DNA of 64,000 nucleotides from Lama glama (GCA_028534125.1 CM052818.1:10232001-10296000), one strand, 5' to 3'; shown: positions 25,231 to 38,747, counted from the first letter of the stretch. The notes: a model not told the origin generated them from the sequence alone. Numbers and translations: made by a program.

Positions 25231-26971
25231 CAATGTCTACAGAAGGCCCTTTTAGAAATTTAGACTCTTACTTAGAATGGAAGATCTAGATGACCTTATT
25301 GGTCTCCTGGGAAGACCAGTGCCCTGGAAGGTGGCCTCTGCCGTGGAGTATTCACCAAGGACGGCAGTGTCCACTAAGGCACGGCAGGGGGCATGCTGGG
25401 TGTGGGGTCCTCATGAACATGGAAGCAGCTACCAGGAAACTGGAAGGAGCCCAAGACCAGCTTATGTTACTTTGGTCTTTCTGACAATACCCCACCCTGC
25501 CAAGAGAAAAAGGCCTTCATGGGAAATGATGGGGAAAGCGAAAAATTATCTGCATTTGGTTTGTGTGGGGACCTAATTACTGAGTTATCCTGATGCCTGC
25601 ATAAACTCCCACCTCAGAAGAGTGAAGAATTCTCTCTGAGAAAGTTCTGGTAAACAGAAACCCATAAGTGCTCAGAGGAACCCAGGGATGTTTTTCACTT
25701 ATCCTGAGCTGGACACCAAACAGATGGGTTGGTCTTTCCCTGCCCACTTAGAAGGCCACTTCCTGTCCTGGGTTGATACATTTTAGGTTTGAAGGGGATG
25801 ACATCCATCTCCATTTTGGGATCTGACCCAATCCCATTTAGGAATTTTGAATAAATTTTTAATAAATTGGAATCACTATCATGAGTCAGAACTCCAAGAT
25901 GACTCAATAATGAATTCCCCACATAACTCAGACAAAGATGACATTGGTGTTTCCCAAAGCACTTTCCTACAAAAGGGCGAGATTCTCTCTGCAGGGTGGG
26001 GCATGATCAGAAAGGAGAACTTCATCTTCTGCTTCAAAACAAGCTTCTAGCCTCACTTGGGCCCTGCTGCCTCTCACCCTCTTGTACACAGCATTATTCT
26101 TTATCTTCTGCTCCCCCCATCCCCACTCCCATCCTTCAAGGCAGGCCAGGGCCTCCCCTCCATGAAGCCTCCTGCTCAGGCGTGCATTTTCCTGGCAGCT
26201 CCATCCTGACTATTTGGCGAGATGAGATGCAGTACAGAGGTGCTGTGGAAGTCTCAGAGGCCAGTTTAGGTCTGACTTTTGTGCTGCAGAACTCCTGCAA
26301 AGTCTGATTCTTGAAGACATCACATCAACTCATTTGATCTCTGAGCCTGTCTTGGTTTTAATTTCCCCGCTAAGTTCCTTTTCCTCAGCAACATATGACC
26401 CCCTTTTTCTACTTTAGTAACCTCAGTGGAAGCTCTCACCATGTTAAACAATGGTCTGATTTGGCATGGAAAAAAGCAGTCAGTTATTTCCTTTAAATCT
26501 TAATGTCTTAGGCCCTGGGAACATTTTAAGTAACTATTTAATGAGAAGACTTCTGATGAAGCATAGGTAAGATCTTAAAGACTCTAATTGCTCCCTGGAG
26601 AAAGCTGTCAGGGTTAAGCAACCTCATTCAAGTTGTGTACATGGAGCAGGACAAGCAAAACAAGGCAGAGGTGAGGTGCAGAGTCCACAGGGGAGATGCC
26701 CCCAATATGGTAGATGAAACTTCCTGGACCTAGAAGATGTCTAGAGCCAAGCCTTGAGCTGTCAATGGCGGATACCTGCTGGTCTACCACTAGAACTCCA
26801 AATGGTCAAACAAATAATTTACTTTTTCCTGGGCCTAGTTGCCTTTTAATTTGGAACCCAAATTACAGTTCTTTCTTCTCCTCTTTCATTTAAATGCAAA
26901 AATGAAACCAAACCAAACCAAACCCCAAACTCTGTTTTCCCTAACCCCCACTTGAACTTTTTATTTGTGCA

Positions 26972-27055
26972 TCATCCATTTGTTTATTCACTACACAAAT
27001 ATGTATAAAGTGCCTCTTGGGTTTCAGGCACTGCCCTAGGCACTGGGGATTTACC
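26972..27055 (-). mobile_element. L2 3' end
   Basis: 'catccatttgtttattcact..caggcactgccctaggcactgggg'. Confidence 0.7.
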
Positions 27056-28309
27056 CAATTATTCCTTGTAGATAGTGGCAATAAAATGAATTTATGCACA
27101 GAGAGGCGAAAGAAAAGGAAGACACCACATCTGCTGGCAGGGGTTATCCCCTAAGGTGGAATCCCACAAGGATGCTGGTGTTTGGGGCAAGTCAGTATCC
27201 CCCACCCCCAGGTTAGGGCTGTGCATGGTATAATGGGGGAGTTCTGTCACGTAATAATAATATACACTGTGTGCCCAAGGCGCATGAACAGTGAGGCACT
27301 TTGAAAGTGGGGCTCAAACTGACTTCTTACTGAATTGAAACAAAATTCCCTTTGTGTGGTCCTTCCTCCCTCTAGCCCGACAGAGGTGGTCTGTTCACTC
27401 TCATGACAGCCCCTGCAGCCTCCTTAGGTAGAAATGCTGCCTGGCCCCAAGTAGCCATGCTGTTTGTGACCATTACACGGGCCTAAGTGGGTTTGGGAGC
27501 TGTACGCTTGGAATTAAGTAAGAAAAATGGAGGCGAGAGCAGGGCATGCTGTAGCCCAGACAGTTCAGTCTTCTCTTGATGTGAGTGAGACCTAAATTGG
27601 GAAGTATTTGGCTGATGGCAAGGGCAGATAAACGTTACAGATTTGATGTAATCCCAGACCTCAGGCTTGAAACCGAGCTTGACCCTTCCCTTTGAGCACT
27701 TTTATGCAATACTGCTGGACATGAAGTAACAAGAAAGGAAACAGCGGAAGGATATCGGCTCAGCCATATGTCAACTCTGGGAGAGATGACAGGGAGAGCA
27801 AGGCACGAGATGTGCATGGAGTCAGGAGTGGAAAGAACAAAAGAAAATTCTGTAGAGTTCTAGCCAGTGTGTCCTTGAGGAGACAAACGAGCTGATGTGA
27901 GGGGGGTGATGCTCTTTTATAGGATATGGGAGGTGTGTATATTGGCAGGCGGAGCTGGGGATGTCAGCTGGCTGTTTAGAAGTCCAGAACAACCATATGG
28001 CCTGAAATTCAACTTATAATAATTACAGATTGCACTCATTTGTCCTCATAAGCCTAAATGTTCACTATGCCTGCATTTCAAACAGGGAAACTGAGGCACA
28101 GGTGGTTTACATGACTTACTAGGGTCATACCATTGATGGCTGAATTTTGTACAAAGTGCACTGTTTGCATCCTGTCCTCCCATAAGAATGAGGCCCCAAA
28201 TTTATCAAGGACATTTGTATTTGTTGTCTCATTGGACCACCAGCCCCAAACCCCAGTAGGAGGTAGAATGGGTGAGAAAACTGAGAAAGATTGAGAATGA
28301 ACTGGAACT

Positions 28310-28490
28310 CCCATTTCTTGAGCACTTACCATGTGCTTTATGTATACTGTCTCAGAAAATATAACCTTTTAAAGGTAGGTATCATTAATCTTTGTCTTAA
28401 AGATGAGGTTGAGAGTAAGAAACCTGCCCAAGGTCACCCAACCAATAAATGGCAGACTTGAGATTCAGACCCAGGTGTCTGACTCCCAGC
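28310..28490 (-). mobile_element. MIR
   Basis: 'ctgcccaaggtcacccaaccaataaatggcagacttgagattcagacccaggtgtctgactcc'. Confidence 0.8.
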
Positions 28491-28599
28491 CCTCCCCACC
28501 TACCTGTAGATGCCCTGCAGCCAGTCAGGGCAGAATCAGCATTAGAACTTCATTTTCCATATTCCTAAAGTTCCCATTCAGTGGCTTGTAATGTTACAG

Positions 28600-28825
28600 C
28601 TTGGTGGTGAATAGCAAGAATGTGGGCTCAGAGGGGACTGAGTCTGGATCTGGGTTCCCTATGTACTTGTGAAGGATCTAGTGAAATTAGTGTCTCTCAG
28701 GTGCAGTTGCCATGTTTGTAAAATGAAGATGAAAACTACCCCCAGAAGGTTTGTGGTAAGGGTTAATGAGTGTAAACGGCCTAAAGCAGCTCTGAAGGTG
28801 TGGTGACTGCCCACAAATGGTAGCA
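28600..28825 (+). mobile_element. MIR
   Basis: 'cagttgccatgtttgtaaaatgaagatg..ggtttgtggtaagggttaatgag'. Confidence 0.65.
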
Positions 28826-29095
28826 GGGGTAGGGTGGGACAGCTGGGTGCCTTTCTCCTGACCTGGTCAGCCCATGTTCCCCTATCCTGGCCCCTCCTCA
28901 TTTCCACAGGGAGACACACATTTTCAAAACCTTCCTGTGCCTTCTCTCCCCAACCTCTTCTCTCTTTTCTCAATTTCTCCCCTCCTGAGTTCTCATTCTG
29001 CGTGTGGAGGGACCTCTTTTTTTCACTCATATACACCAAAGCCAGCGTGTATGGGTGCAGAATGAATCTGTCAGTTCTGACCCCTCCTTGGCTTC

Positions 29096-29451
29096 TGTAT
29101 CAGTCAGGGTTCTTTAGGGAAGAAACAAGGAATTGGCTTATGCAATCACGGGCACTGGAAAATCTGAAATCTGTAGAGCTGGCTGACAGGCTGGAAACTC
29201 GGGCAGGAGCTGCTCCAGCAGTCTTGAGGTAGAATTTCTGCTTCCTCAGGGAAACCTCAGTGTAGCTCTTAAAGCCTTTCAACCGACTGGATGAGTCTTG
29301 CTCACTTTATCCAAGTTGATAAACTCTATTTAATGTCAACTGATTGTAGATATTAACCACACATACCACCTCCACAACACCACCTAGATTAGTGTTTGGT
29401 TGAATAATTGGGTACCACAGCCTAGCCAAGTTGACAAGTAAAACTATCACA
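29096..29451 (-). mobile_element. MLT2 (ERVL) solo LTR
   Basis: TGT...ACA termini; 'tgtatcagtcagggttct', 'aaggaattggcttatgcaatca' and 'gcctagccaagttgaca' are MLT2 signatures. Confidence 0.88.
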
Positions 29452-29459
29452 TTTTCCAT

Positions 29460-29905
29460 GGCTGCCCTTGGATGAAGGTTCTTAATTGGCCTCTTTCTTC
29501 TTCCTTTATGTGATGGGCAGGCTCCTTTTCCCCCTGTCTGCCCTTTAAATATTAGTGGTCTTCAAGGTTCCATTGTTGGGACTCTGCTCATTCTGGATGT
29601 TCCTCTGGGGCAGCCTTGTCTCCTCACAGCAGCTGAACCTCTCCCTGTAGTCCAGTGATGCCTGGTTTGTATTTCCAACAGCCTATTTCTGACTGGCCTC
29701 TGAACACTTTCACCAGCTCTCCCCCTCAACTTCCACCTGATTCCCTACTCCAACCTGTCCATCCTGCTGAATTCTGCCTTTCCCAAGCACCTAACCAGCC
29801 CAAACAGAAATCTGTTTGTCATCCTTGACTCTTCGGTGTTACTGTCTTTTCCCATTCAATTGATGACCAAGTCCTGCTGATTTGATTTTTACCTGTTAAA
29901 TATCT
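29460..29905 (+). mobile_element. L2 fragment
   Basis: 'catccttgactcttc' and 'accaagtcctgctgatttgattttacctgttaaatatctc'. Confidence 0.65.
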
Positions 29906-29961
29906 CATTCAAGAAAATATTTATTGGTTATCTACACTTGGCACCAAGCTAGGTTCTAGAG

Positions 29962-30559
29962 CAGAGTTTCTCAACCTGGGCACTATTTATGTTTTCGTTC
30001 AGATAATTCTTTGTTGTGGAGAATGTCCTGTGCATTGTATGATATATAGCAGCATTCCTGTTCGCTTGGACTGCCATAACAAGATAGCAGAGTTAGAGAT
30101 TGTGCAGTAGAAATTTGTTTTCTCATGGTTTTGGAGTCTGGACTCCCAAGAACAAGGTGTCACTGAGGTCGGTTTCTCCTGAAGCCTCTCTCCTTGGCTT
30201 GCAGATGGCTGCCTTCTCCCTGTGTCCTCAGGTGGCCTTCCTTCTGTTCACACACACATCCCTGGTATCTCTCTTCTTATAAGGACATCAGTCATGTTGG
30301 ATGTAGGCCTACCCTAAAGGCCTCATTTTAACTTAATCATCCCTTGGATGACCTTATCTCCAAATACTGTTACTTTCTGAGATGCTGGGTTGGGACTTTA
30401 ACTTACGATTTTGGAGGGACAAATTCCACCCATAAAACCTGACCCCTACCTGCTAGACCTCAGTAGCATCCTTCACTCTAAGTTGGGATGACCACCAAAA
30501 TGTCACCAGATGTTGCCAATGCCCCCTGGGGGCAAAACTGCCCAGGTTGAGAATCCCTG
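29962..30559 (+). mobile_element. MER20 (hAT-Charlie MITE) split by an MLT1A LTR
   Basis: TIRs cagagtttctcaacc / ggttgagaatccctg; internal 'ataattctttgttgtgg..gtcctgtgcattgta' and 'ccccctgggggcaaaa'; flanks ttctagag / ctctacac resemble the NTCTAGAN hAT TSD. Confidence 0.92.
30061..30437 (-). mobile_element. MLT1A/MLT1A0 solo LTR
   Basis: 'ctgccataaca', 'gcctctctccttggcttgcagatggctgccttctccctgtgtcctca' and 'cttataaggacatcagtcat'; cctg duplicated on both sides. Confidence 0.92.
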
Positions 30560-30569
30560 CTCTACACAG

Positions 30570-30745
30570 CAGTAGTTTTTAACACTGGCTGCACATTAGA
30601 ATCACTTGAAGAAATTAAAAAAAAAAACAAAAAACACCAGCCACAGAAATTCTGTTTTAATTTTTTTGAGTGGAGCTCAGGCAAGGGTATTTTTTAAAAG
30701 TGTTCCAGACTATTCTAATGTGCATCCAGGGCTGAGAACATTCTA
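30570..30745. mobile_element. MER5A/B (hAT-Charlie MITE)
   Basis: 'ctggctgcacattagaatcac' and its inverted counterpart 'ttctaatgtgcatccagggctgagaac'. Confidence 0.85.
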
Positions 30746-32045
30746 GCACTGTGAGAGTGAATGAGAAAGACATTAAATAACACATTTCATGATTAAAATT
30801 TTAAAACACCACTAAGATTATATTCTGCATACTGTCTTGTAATATTTTCTTTAGCAATGTATCTTGGACATTTTCTTGTGTCATTAGATAATCTATAGGT
30901 AAAATTTTAATGAATTTGTGTGTGGATATGCTGTAAGTCACTTAATCAGGGCTTGCTTACATATTTTAGAGGATTCAAACTCTTTTCTATTGAAGTAATA
31001 CTGCAAAGAATATTCTTGTATGCATGTCTTTGTAAGCAAGTTTGATCATTTTCTTAGGGCAAAATTTGAGAGGTGGAAATCCTGGGTCAAAGTGGTAAAT
31101 ATTTGTGTAGTTTTTAATACATATTACTACGTTGCTCCTCAGAAGTGTTGTATTAATTTATAACTCTGCCAATGGAATATATGTCATTATCCTATATCAT
31201 CACTAGCCTTGGGTATTTCAGTTTTTGAAATTAAATGGAATGTAGTGCTTTGATTTAACTTGAATTTCTTTGGTTATTATTGATGTTAAACATTTCAAAC
31301 ACTTCTGTATTATCTGTGTTTTTCCTTTTGTCAATTGCTTATCCATCTCATTTGCTCACTTTAATGACATTTTAGTTTTTCTTATAGAGTTACAGAGCTA
31401 ATTGTAAGAATATTAATTCTTTCTGTTTCATGTTGCAAATGTTTTCATCAAGTTAATATTTGCCTTCAATGTCTGTTTATATCATTTTTATTTCTAGAAG
31501 TAACTTTAACGTAGCTTAATCTACTAATATTTCCTCCCTCCCTCTCTTTCTCCTTCCTTTCCTTCCTCCCTTCCTAATTTATTCATAGAAAAGTTTTCTG
31601 TACCTGCCATCAGGTCAACATTCATATCCATTTTTGTTCTTTCATTATTTTTTGAACAATGTAGTTTAAAAAACCATTTGGAATTTTGGCATGCCATATA
31701 AGATAAGGGTTGAATTTTACATTTTATTTCAAATAGGCACCCAGCTGTCTTACAACTGCTTCTTTTTTTTAAACATTTTTGATTGATTTATAATCGTTTT
31801 ACAATGTTGTGTCAAATTCCAGTGTAGAGCACAATTTTTTAGTTATACATGAACATATATATATTCATTGTCACATTTTTTTCTCTGTGAGCTACTGTAA
31901 GATCTTGTGTATATTTCCTTGTGCTATACAGTATAATCTTGTTTATCTATTCTACAATTTTGAAATCCTGTCTATCCCTTCCCACCCTTGGCAACCACTA
32001 GTTTGTATTCTATGTCTATGAGTCTATTTCTGTTTTGTATTTATG

Positions 32046-32145
32046 NNNNNNNNNNNNNNNNNNNNNNNNNNNNNNNNNNNNNNNNNNNNNNNNNNNNNNN
32101 NNNNNNNNNNNNNNNNNNNNNNNNNNNNNNNNNNNNNNNNNNNNN
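32046..32145. other. Assembly gap (100 N) inside young L1
   Basis: Run of N. Confidence 1.
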
Positions 32146-32524
32146 CAGTTTTTATGTCTGAGTAGTATTCCATTATATAAATATACCACATGTTCCTTAC
32201 CCAGTCACCTGTTGATGGACATTTAGGCTGTTTCCATGTCTTGGCTATTGTAAATAGTGCTGCTATGAACATTGGGGTGCAGGTGTCATCCTGAAGTAGG
32301 GTTCCTTCTGGATATAAGCCCAGGAGCAGGATTCCTGGGTCACATGGCAAGTCTATTCCTAGTCTTTTGAGGAATCTCCACACTGTTTTCCATAGTGGCT
32401 GCACCAAACTGCATTCCCACCAGCAGTGTAGGAGTGTTCCCCTTTCTCCACAGCCTCTCCAGCATTTGTCATTTGTGGATTTTTGAATGATGGCCATTCT
32501 GACTGGTGTGAGGTGATACTTCAT
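32146..32524 (-). pseudogene. L1 ORF2p C-terminal cysteine-rich (CCHC) fragment
   Basis: [53 protein letters not shown]. Confidence 0.95.
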
Positions 32525-34254
32525 TGTAGCTTCTTAAAGATTTTATCTTCCATGTTCGTTTGAAATGTCACACATTTCCTAGACTGACTTCTTATTTGGT
32601 TGGGCCTGTTTTGGTGGTTGCTGTTCTGTCCTGCTTTGTTTTATTTACTAAATTTGTAATTTGTTTTGGTAGCTGAAGTTCAACTTGTCATTATTCTTGA
32701 TTTTTCAAAACAATTTTTGAAATTCAAAACCATTTTTTTTCAGATTCCCCAAATTCCCATTGTGATTTTGAGTAAAAGTCCATTAACTTGGGGAGAGTTC
32801 ATAACTTTCCAATATTAAATCTCACCTTTCAGACACAATATATAACCTCCTTCTATACTCAGCTGTTCTTTATGAGTCTTTGTAAAGTTTGTCATTAATT
32901 TTATAAAGGTCCTGCACATTTCTTGTTAAAGTTATTCCAAAATAGTTTGTGTTTTTGTTGCTATTGAAAATGGAATCCTTTACCCATTATATTTACTGGG
33001 TAGTTATTGCTGGTATTTTAAAAAGCTATTGTTTTATAAATATATGTGTGTGTGTATATATAATATATATAGTAATTGTATAGTTAAGTGGTTAATTATT
33101 TCAGTGATTTACTACCTTGAGTTTTCTGGATTGGTGACTATAATTTATGCAAGTAATGCTAATTTGGCCTCCTTTTCAGTGTTTGCCTTTCTTATTTCTT
33201 CTTGTCTTACTGCATTGGATAAATGTCTAGAAAAAAAAATTCAACTAGAGTGGGCATAATGAGCATACTTAACCCACCCTTGAAATGTTTTGATCTTTTT
33301 ACTTATACTAATATGAGGTTGGCCAAAGTTTTGTTAGACTGTTTATTGTTCTGTTTTTATCTTTGTCAGATTTTTGTACTGGCATTATGCTAACTTCACA
33401 CAATAAACAAGGGAGCTTTCAAAAAATTATATGGTCTGGAACATTTTATATAGCAATAGAATAGTCAATTTCTTGAAAGTTTGAAAGAATTTGCCCATAA
33501 AACCATCTGGGTCTAATCCCTTGGCAGACTTTTCCAATTTCTTCTGTGGCATTTGTTTGTTTAACTTTTCTACTTCTTTTGGATACAATTCTGGTAATCT
33601 GCATTTTCTTACAGAATTATCTATTTTACAGAGATTTTACTTTTTATTTGTTGTACTGGGGCACATAAGATTCTTGTATAAGTAAAAGTATTTTCATGTC
33701 AGTAGATTATATACTTGTTTACTCCTAATTCTGGATATTTGTATTCTCTTAAATTTATTTTTAAGTCAAATTCTTTTCTTTTTTAGTACATTAATTGCTG
33801 TTTTATTTTTACCAATCATTTCTTCTTTACTTTTTCTAAGTCATTTGATTTGAAATATTAATTTATGTATATTTACCCTTTTAGTTATTGATGAAAACAT
33901 TTAAGGCTATATATTTGCCCTCTGACTATAGATTTGAGAACATCTCATAAGTTCATGTTTATCATTTTCTATATAGTTCTGAATTGCACTGTGTTTTTTC
34001 CTCTTTAACTGAAATTATTTATGAGTGAATTAAAAAAATTCAAGGAGCTGAGGGTATTTTTGAGAATGTTATTATTTTTGTTAATAATTTCTAGATCTAT
34101 TCTATGGTGAATTGAAGATGTGGTTTAAACAATTTCCACTTTTTCAAATAAATTATAATTTTATTTCTTAGAAGAATATCCACTTTGTGCATACCCCTAG
34201 GTCAGCATTTACATTTTATTATAGTTATGTGTCCACATGTCTATCATTCCATTA

Positions 34255-35250
34255 GCCAATGAGCCCTGCGTGACCTTGGTCGTTTCTGTATTTTCAGTGT
34301 TGAGAGCAGTTTCTGGTAAATACTAGGCATCAATAAATGTTGGCTGAATTGACCTTGAATGACAGATGGGAGCATGACATGAGCTCAACTGGCTAAGGGG
34401 GCTGAGATTTGTTAAGTCCCATTTTCAGATGTGCCAGTTGACTTTAGTGATCTACAGCAAAAGGCCAGGTATGGGATGTTTGTAAAGGAGGGTGAAGTAT
34501 GGGCTCCATATTGGGAACAGATCAATGCCATCATTGATAGGATTAGGTCTACCTTTTTTTGTGGTGCTACCACACAGAAGAGGACCTAGTCCCAAAGTTA
34601 TGAGGAGAAGAGTCTAGACAGTGGGAAACAGTGTTCTAGAGCTGCATCTAGCCAGAGGTCAGACCACAATTTGCTTGGGCAAGTCACATAGGCTCTTAGG
34701 TCCTTAGCCTCCATGTCTGTCAGTAGAAGATACTGGGCAGGGTGATTTCTAATGATTAAAAAAAGGATCTTTGGTAAGTGGCAAGAAACAAAATAACTCA
34801 CACCACCAAAAGAAATTTTGTTAAGGGACACAAAAAAGAAACATTTTTATATTTTAGAATCAATTTTTTAAATTACTTAGTTTCCTGAAATAGAAGGCAG
34901 AATTTTGTTTGTGTGTTGGACATATACATATACATACATTTCTGCAGAGAGGGTCTAAAGTGTCCATGACCCAGAAAAACTTAAGAACCACCTTCTTAGC
35001 AAGATTCCAAATCCAAGGGTCAGAAATCCTAATGAAATTTGAGAGGAGTTTTATTTCCTTTTCCTTCCAAACACATCATCCTGTCACCTGTCAGTCAATC
35101 AAATATTTTTAGAGCAGCTCCCATGTTGAAGGCATTCTGCTCTCCAATGAGGAGAAGTTAAAAAAGGGCATGACCCTGTCCCTGCCTTTTAGAAGCTTAA
35201 GGTGTGACTGGGGAGAGAAGAAAAATAAATGTGAAAGGTTAGCAAGTAAG
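34255..35250. mobile_element. Cluster of short old fragments: L2 3' end (+), MIR (+), hAT-like end, L2 (-)
   Basis: 'catcaataaatgttggctgaattga' (~34340); 'ttgggcaagtcacataggctctt' (~34680); 'ccatgacccagaaaaacttaagaaccac' (~34970); 'cagtcaatcaaatatttttagagca' (~35095). Confidence 0.55.
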
Positions 35251-35749
35251 ACTTCTGGTACAGAGCAAAATATATTGACCACAGGCTGAAGCTTCCCCTT
35301 TTTACCTTGAACACTTACAAATTATGGGGGGAAAAAATTTAACAAGCACCCAGTTATGCTTAAATCGAGAGAGGAAATTTCCAGGTCATAAATGGAAAGG
35401 TTTCCATAAAATAAATTAATACAGGGCCACACTAAAGTTTCGAGGCCTTAGCTGGGAACTGGGAATGGGACTGGCTAATCAATGGCATAAGATGGAACCC
35501 TGTTACCCTGAAAGTGGGAGGCCTGGAAACACATTCTCTCCATTAATTATAGGGGAGAGGCAGCGCAAAACCCCTGCTTTCCTGCCTGGGATTGTGGCTC
35601 AGGTTCTGAGAGGTGCCACCCAGCATGACAGGACCTTGGGACCATGCTGTATGCTCAGGGCCAGGGCCAGTAAGCAGACTGCTTTGAACTGAGGAGCCTG
35701 AACCTGAGTATCAAGTCCCCCTGAAGACTGCCTTGGGTTTTCTGGATAC

Positions 35750-36890
35750 TGATAGGAGGAAATTCTCATAAAAGATAATTTCACAAACAAAAATGACACA
35801 GTGCCCAGGAAGTCTAATACCATGAAAGACAAATAACAAACTCAGCAAATGTCTGAATGAACATCCAAAGAAAGGAGATAATAGAACAATTAAAAAAAAA
35901 CCTTTCAGAATAAATAATCTGAATGTTTTTGAAGATGAGAGGGCATAGAAACGATGAAATAAAGACAGAGTGCAGTGAAGTAAGAACAGGTGGCTTATGG
36001 AGAAATTAGAAACTTCAGGAATAAAGAAATAGTTATTGGAATTGAAAAATTGAGTCTGTGAGTGGATTAGTTAACAAATCATTGCTAAAGCTTAGTAGCT
36101 TAAAACAACAAACATTTATTTTCTCACAGTTTCTCTGTGCCAGGAATTCAGGACTGGCTTAGCTGGTTGATTTTAGTTCAAGGTCTATCTTGAGGCCATA
36201 GTGAAGAGGTCAGCCAGATCTGCCGTCATCTGAAGGCCTGACGGAGGCTGGACAGGCAGCTTCCAAGGTGGCTCCTTCATTGGCCTATTGGCAGATGCCT
36301 CCATTCCTCCCCACGTGTGCCTCTCCATAGTGCACTTTGATGTGTCCTCATTACATGGCAGCAGGCTTCTCTTAAAGCAAGTGAGAGAAAACATAGAGGA
36401 AGGAAGCCACCATGTTTTTTATGACCAAGTCTTGGAAGTTACAGTCACTGCCAGCATATTCTGTTCATTAGATGAGAGTCATTAAAACTAGCCCTAACTT
36501 AAGGGGAGAGGAGTTAGACTCCCACCTCTTGAAAGAAAAGCTATCAGTGAATTTGCAGGTGTATTTTAAACTCCACACAATAGACCAAATAGCATATTGC
36601 ACACAGAAAAAAAAAAAGAATTATGAAACTGGAAGACTGAGCTGAGGAAATGTCCCAAAATGTGGCATAAAGACCTAATCAAAAGTAAAACATGAAAAAC
36701 AAAAAACAAAAAACAAAAAAACTCAAGATGGAGGACAAATCAATGTTTAATAGGAGTCTCAAGAGAAGAAAATAGAGGAAAAGATGCAGAAGCGATATTG
36801 AGGGTACAATGGCTGAGAATTTCCTGAGACTAGAGATAGTATTTCCTGGGTTAAAAAATATCATTAGGGCTGAGCATTATAAATAGTTAG
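35750..36890 (+). mobile_element. Old L1/HAL1 ORF1-like remnant, split by an MLT1 LTR
   Basis: A-rich ORF1-like sequence on both sides of the LTR, e.g. 'gaattatgaaactggaagactgagctgaggaaat' and 'aatggctgagaatttcctgagact'. Confidence 0.6.
36057..36577 (-). mobile_element. MLT1F-like solo LTR
   Basis: TGT...ACA ends; 'gcttaaaacaacaaacatttattttctcacagtttct', 'gtcatctgaaggcctgac' and 'gactcccacctcttga'. Confidence 0.9.
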
Positions 36891-38747
36891 CCAACTCTCC
36901 AAAACAGTTACATTGGCAAAAGAGTGGTGAAAAAAATTGCTTCAGTGAAACAAAGGGCAAGAAATTGCAGGGGCTGGAGTAGTCAGAAAACTCTTTATAG
37001 GTGGTGGTGGCAAGGCTGGGAAATTCTGCTTAGGTCTGGGGCAGTGGAGAAAATTTTGGGCTCAGAGGGAAGAAAGGGACCAGCTGTGCTGGGCAGCCAT
37101 GATAGTGTCCTTGTGCCTTCCACTGACCTTCTACTGGCCTCTGGGACAACGTCCTCCCCACCTCTGCCACCATCAAAAGCCTGCAAAGATGAATGATACA
37201 GCCCTGGAACTCTGAGGCCCTGGGTATAATGGCAAGGCCTGAAGACACTGTGCTTTTGTGGGATAAGGCTTCTTTCTGCCCCCAGGATCTTCTCTCCAGC
37301 TCTTGGGCCTCAAATGTCAAAATGCTACAACCAAATAAAAACGTTTCTCTTCTGCACCAAGGTCTCAACTTGCCACACTCCCATTTATTTTCACCCCCAA
37401 AGCTGTAATTAGTAGTCAGACTTGGTTTTCCCTGCAGACTTAGAGACAAGAGTAAGTGTTAATTTGAACATTTGCAACTAACAAATGCCTTCCCATTGAC
37501 CACGTGTAACCCGTCAGTTTGAAAGATGCTGGATTCCCTGAGGAGGTGGGAGGTACAGGGAGGCAGGAGCTGGTGCAGTCCACACCCACATCACCAGGCT
37601 GAGACTTGGAGATATGGCAGCTTGAAAAAAAAAAAAGTGGTGGCCTCGATGGGAAATGGCAGCAGGCAGACAACTACACCCAAACCCAGAAGATGCAAAC
37701 ATCACTCCTCTTGCATGGGAGTCAAAGATTTGGCTGGGAAAATCAGTCACTTGAAGAGAGAAAACAAAATCAGGGGAAAAATAATCCCTCTGGCCAGGCA
37801 GTGTGATCCGACCCCATGAGAAATTTTTCTTAGGGTCAAACCTTTGCCCTTTGCGTCCTGGTCTCCTGCCTCAGGCTGAGGCTGCCTGGATATATGTCTC
37901 TGTGCTGAGGTCACTATTGTCTAAGGTTCAATAAAGCAGGGCCTAAGGGAACAAGTTTAGGGGGAGAAAAGAAAAAAATTATTGGCAGGGAGAAATCAGA
38001 GTCATAATGCCACAACAATTCGATGGCCACAGGAACGTTCACAGTCTGTTCTCAGCCTGGTCACTGTCTTTTCTTCCTCCTGTTGCTGTGGTGGTTTTCC
38101 CTGGTCTGCACTTCACCCCCCACCTTCCACCCCCAGCTCCCTGCAGACTATTTAAAAATTGGATGAAGAGAATGCATCATCTGCTTCCCCTCCCCTCAAG
38201 GAAAAACGAGTTTCCATCATCACCAGCCAGGATAGCAATTTATTCATTGTGTTTTCATTTCTAATCTCTGGGAACATGGACGAAAAGAGGGCACCGCCTT
38301 TGTCTTCCCTGCCTCTTTGTCTCATTGTCACTCACCCAGACTCCCTCCACCACTTGGTCTTATTCTAGACCTTTCTCCTTGTCTCTCTCTTCCTTTCTGT
38401 GTATTTGGGTCTTTCTCGTCAGCTAGATTCTCTGCATAGCCAAACGGTACCCAATACATCAGCGAGCCATTCAGCACCCTGGGCCAGCCACGATCTAACA
38501 TTCCACACAGCCGTCACGTACCAAGTTGTATTTTCAACCTTGTTTCGGCACCCCTAGGCAGTGTGCACGCTGAGTGACTTTGGTTCTTTCAGCTCTCTGG
38601 ATGATCTTTTATTTTAGTGACCCTGGGCAGACCACAGACTGAGCTCAGGCTGCAGACCGAGACCTGACCTCTTTTTATGTAGTTATGTAGAAAGGGGCAT
38701 CTGTGGGATAGCCAAGTTTTCAGGCCAGTCGTTTTGGGATGGTTGCA

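Larger units (their letters stand above)
31765..32528 (-). mobile_element. Young 5'-truncated lineage-specific L1
   Basis: 3' UTR nearly identical to 9590-9880; ORF2 C-terminus present; TSD gcttctt (31758-31764 and 32529-32535) followed by aaag, giving a TCTT/AA endonuclease site. Confidence 0.95.
30800..34160 (-). mobile_element. Ancient L1M/L1ME fragments
   Basis: AT-rich reverse L1 3'-UTR/ORF2 motifs such as 'gaggtggaaatcctgggtcaaag' and 'aaaccatctgggtct'; interrupted by a young L1. Confidence 0.65.
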
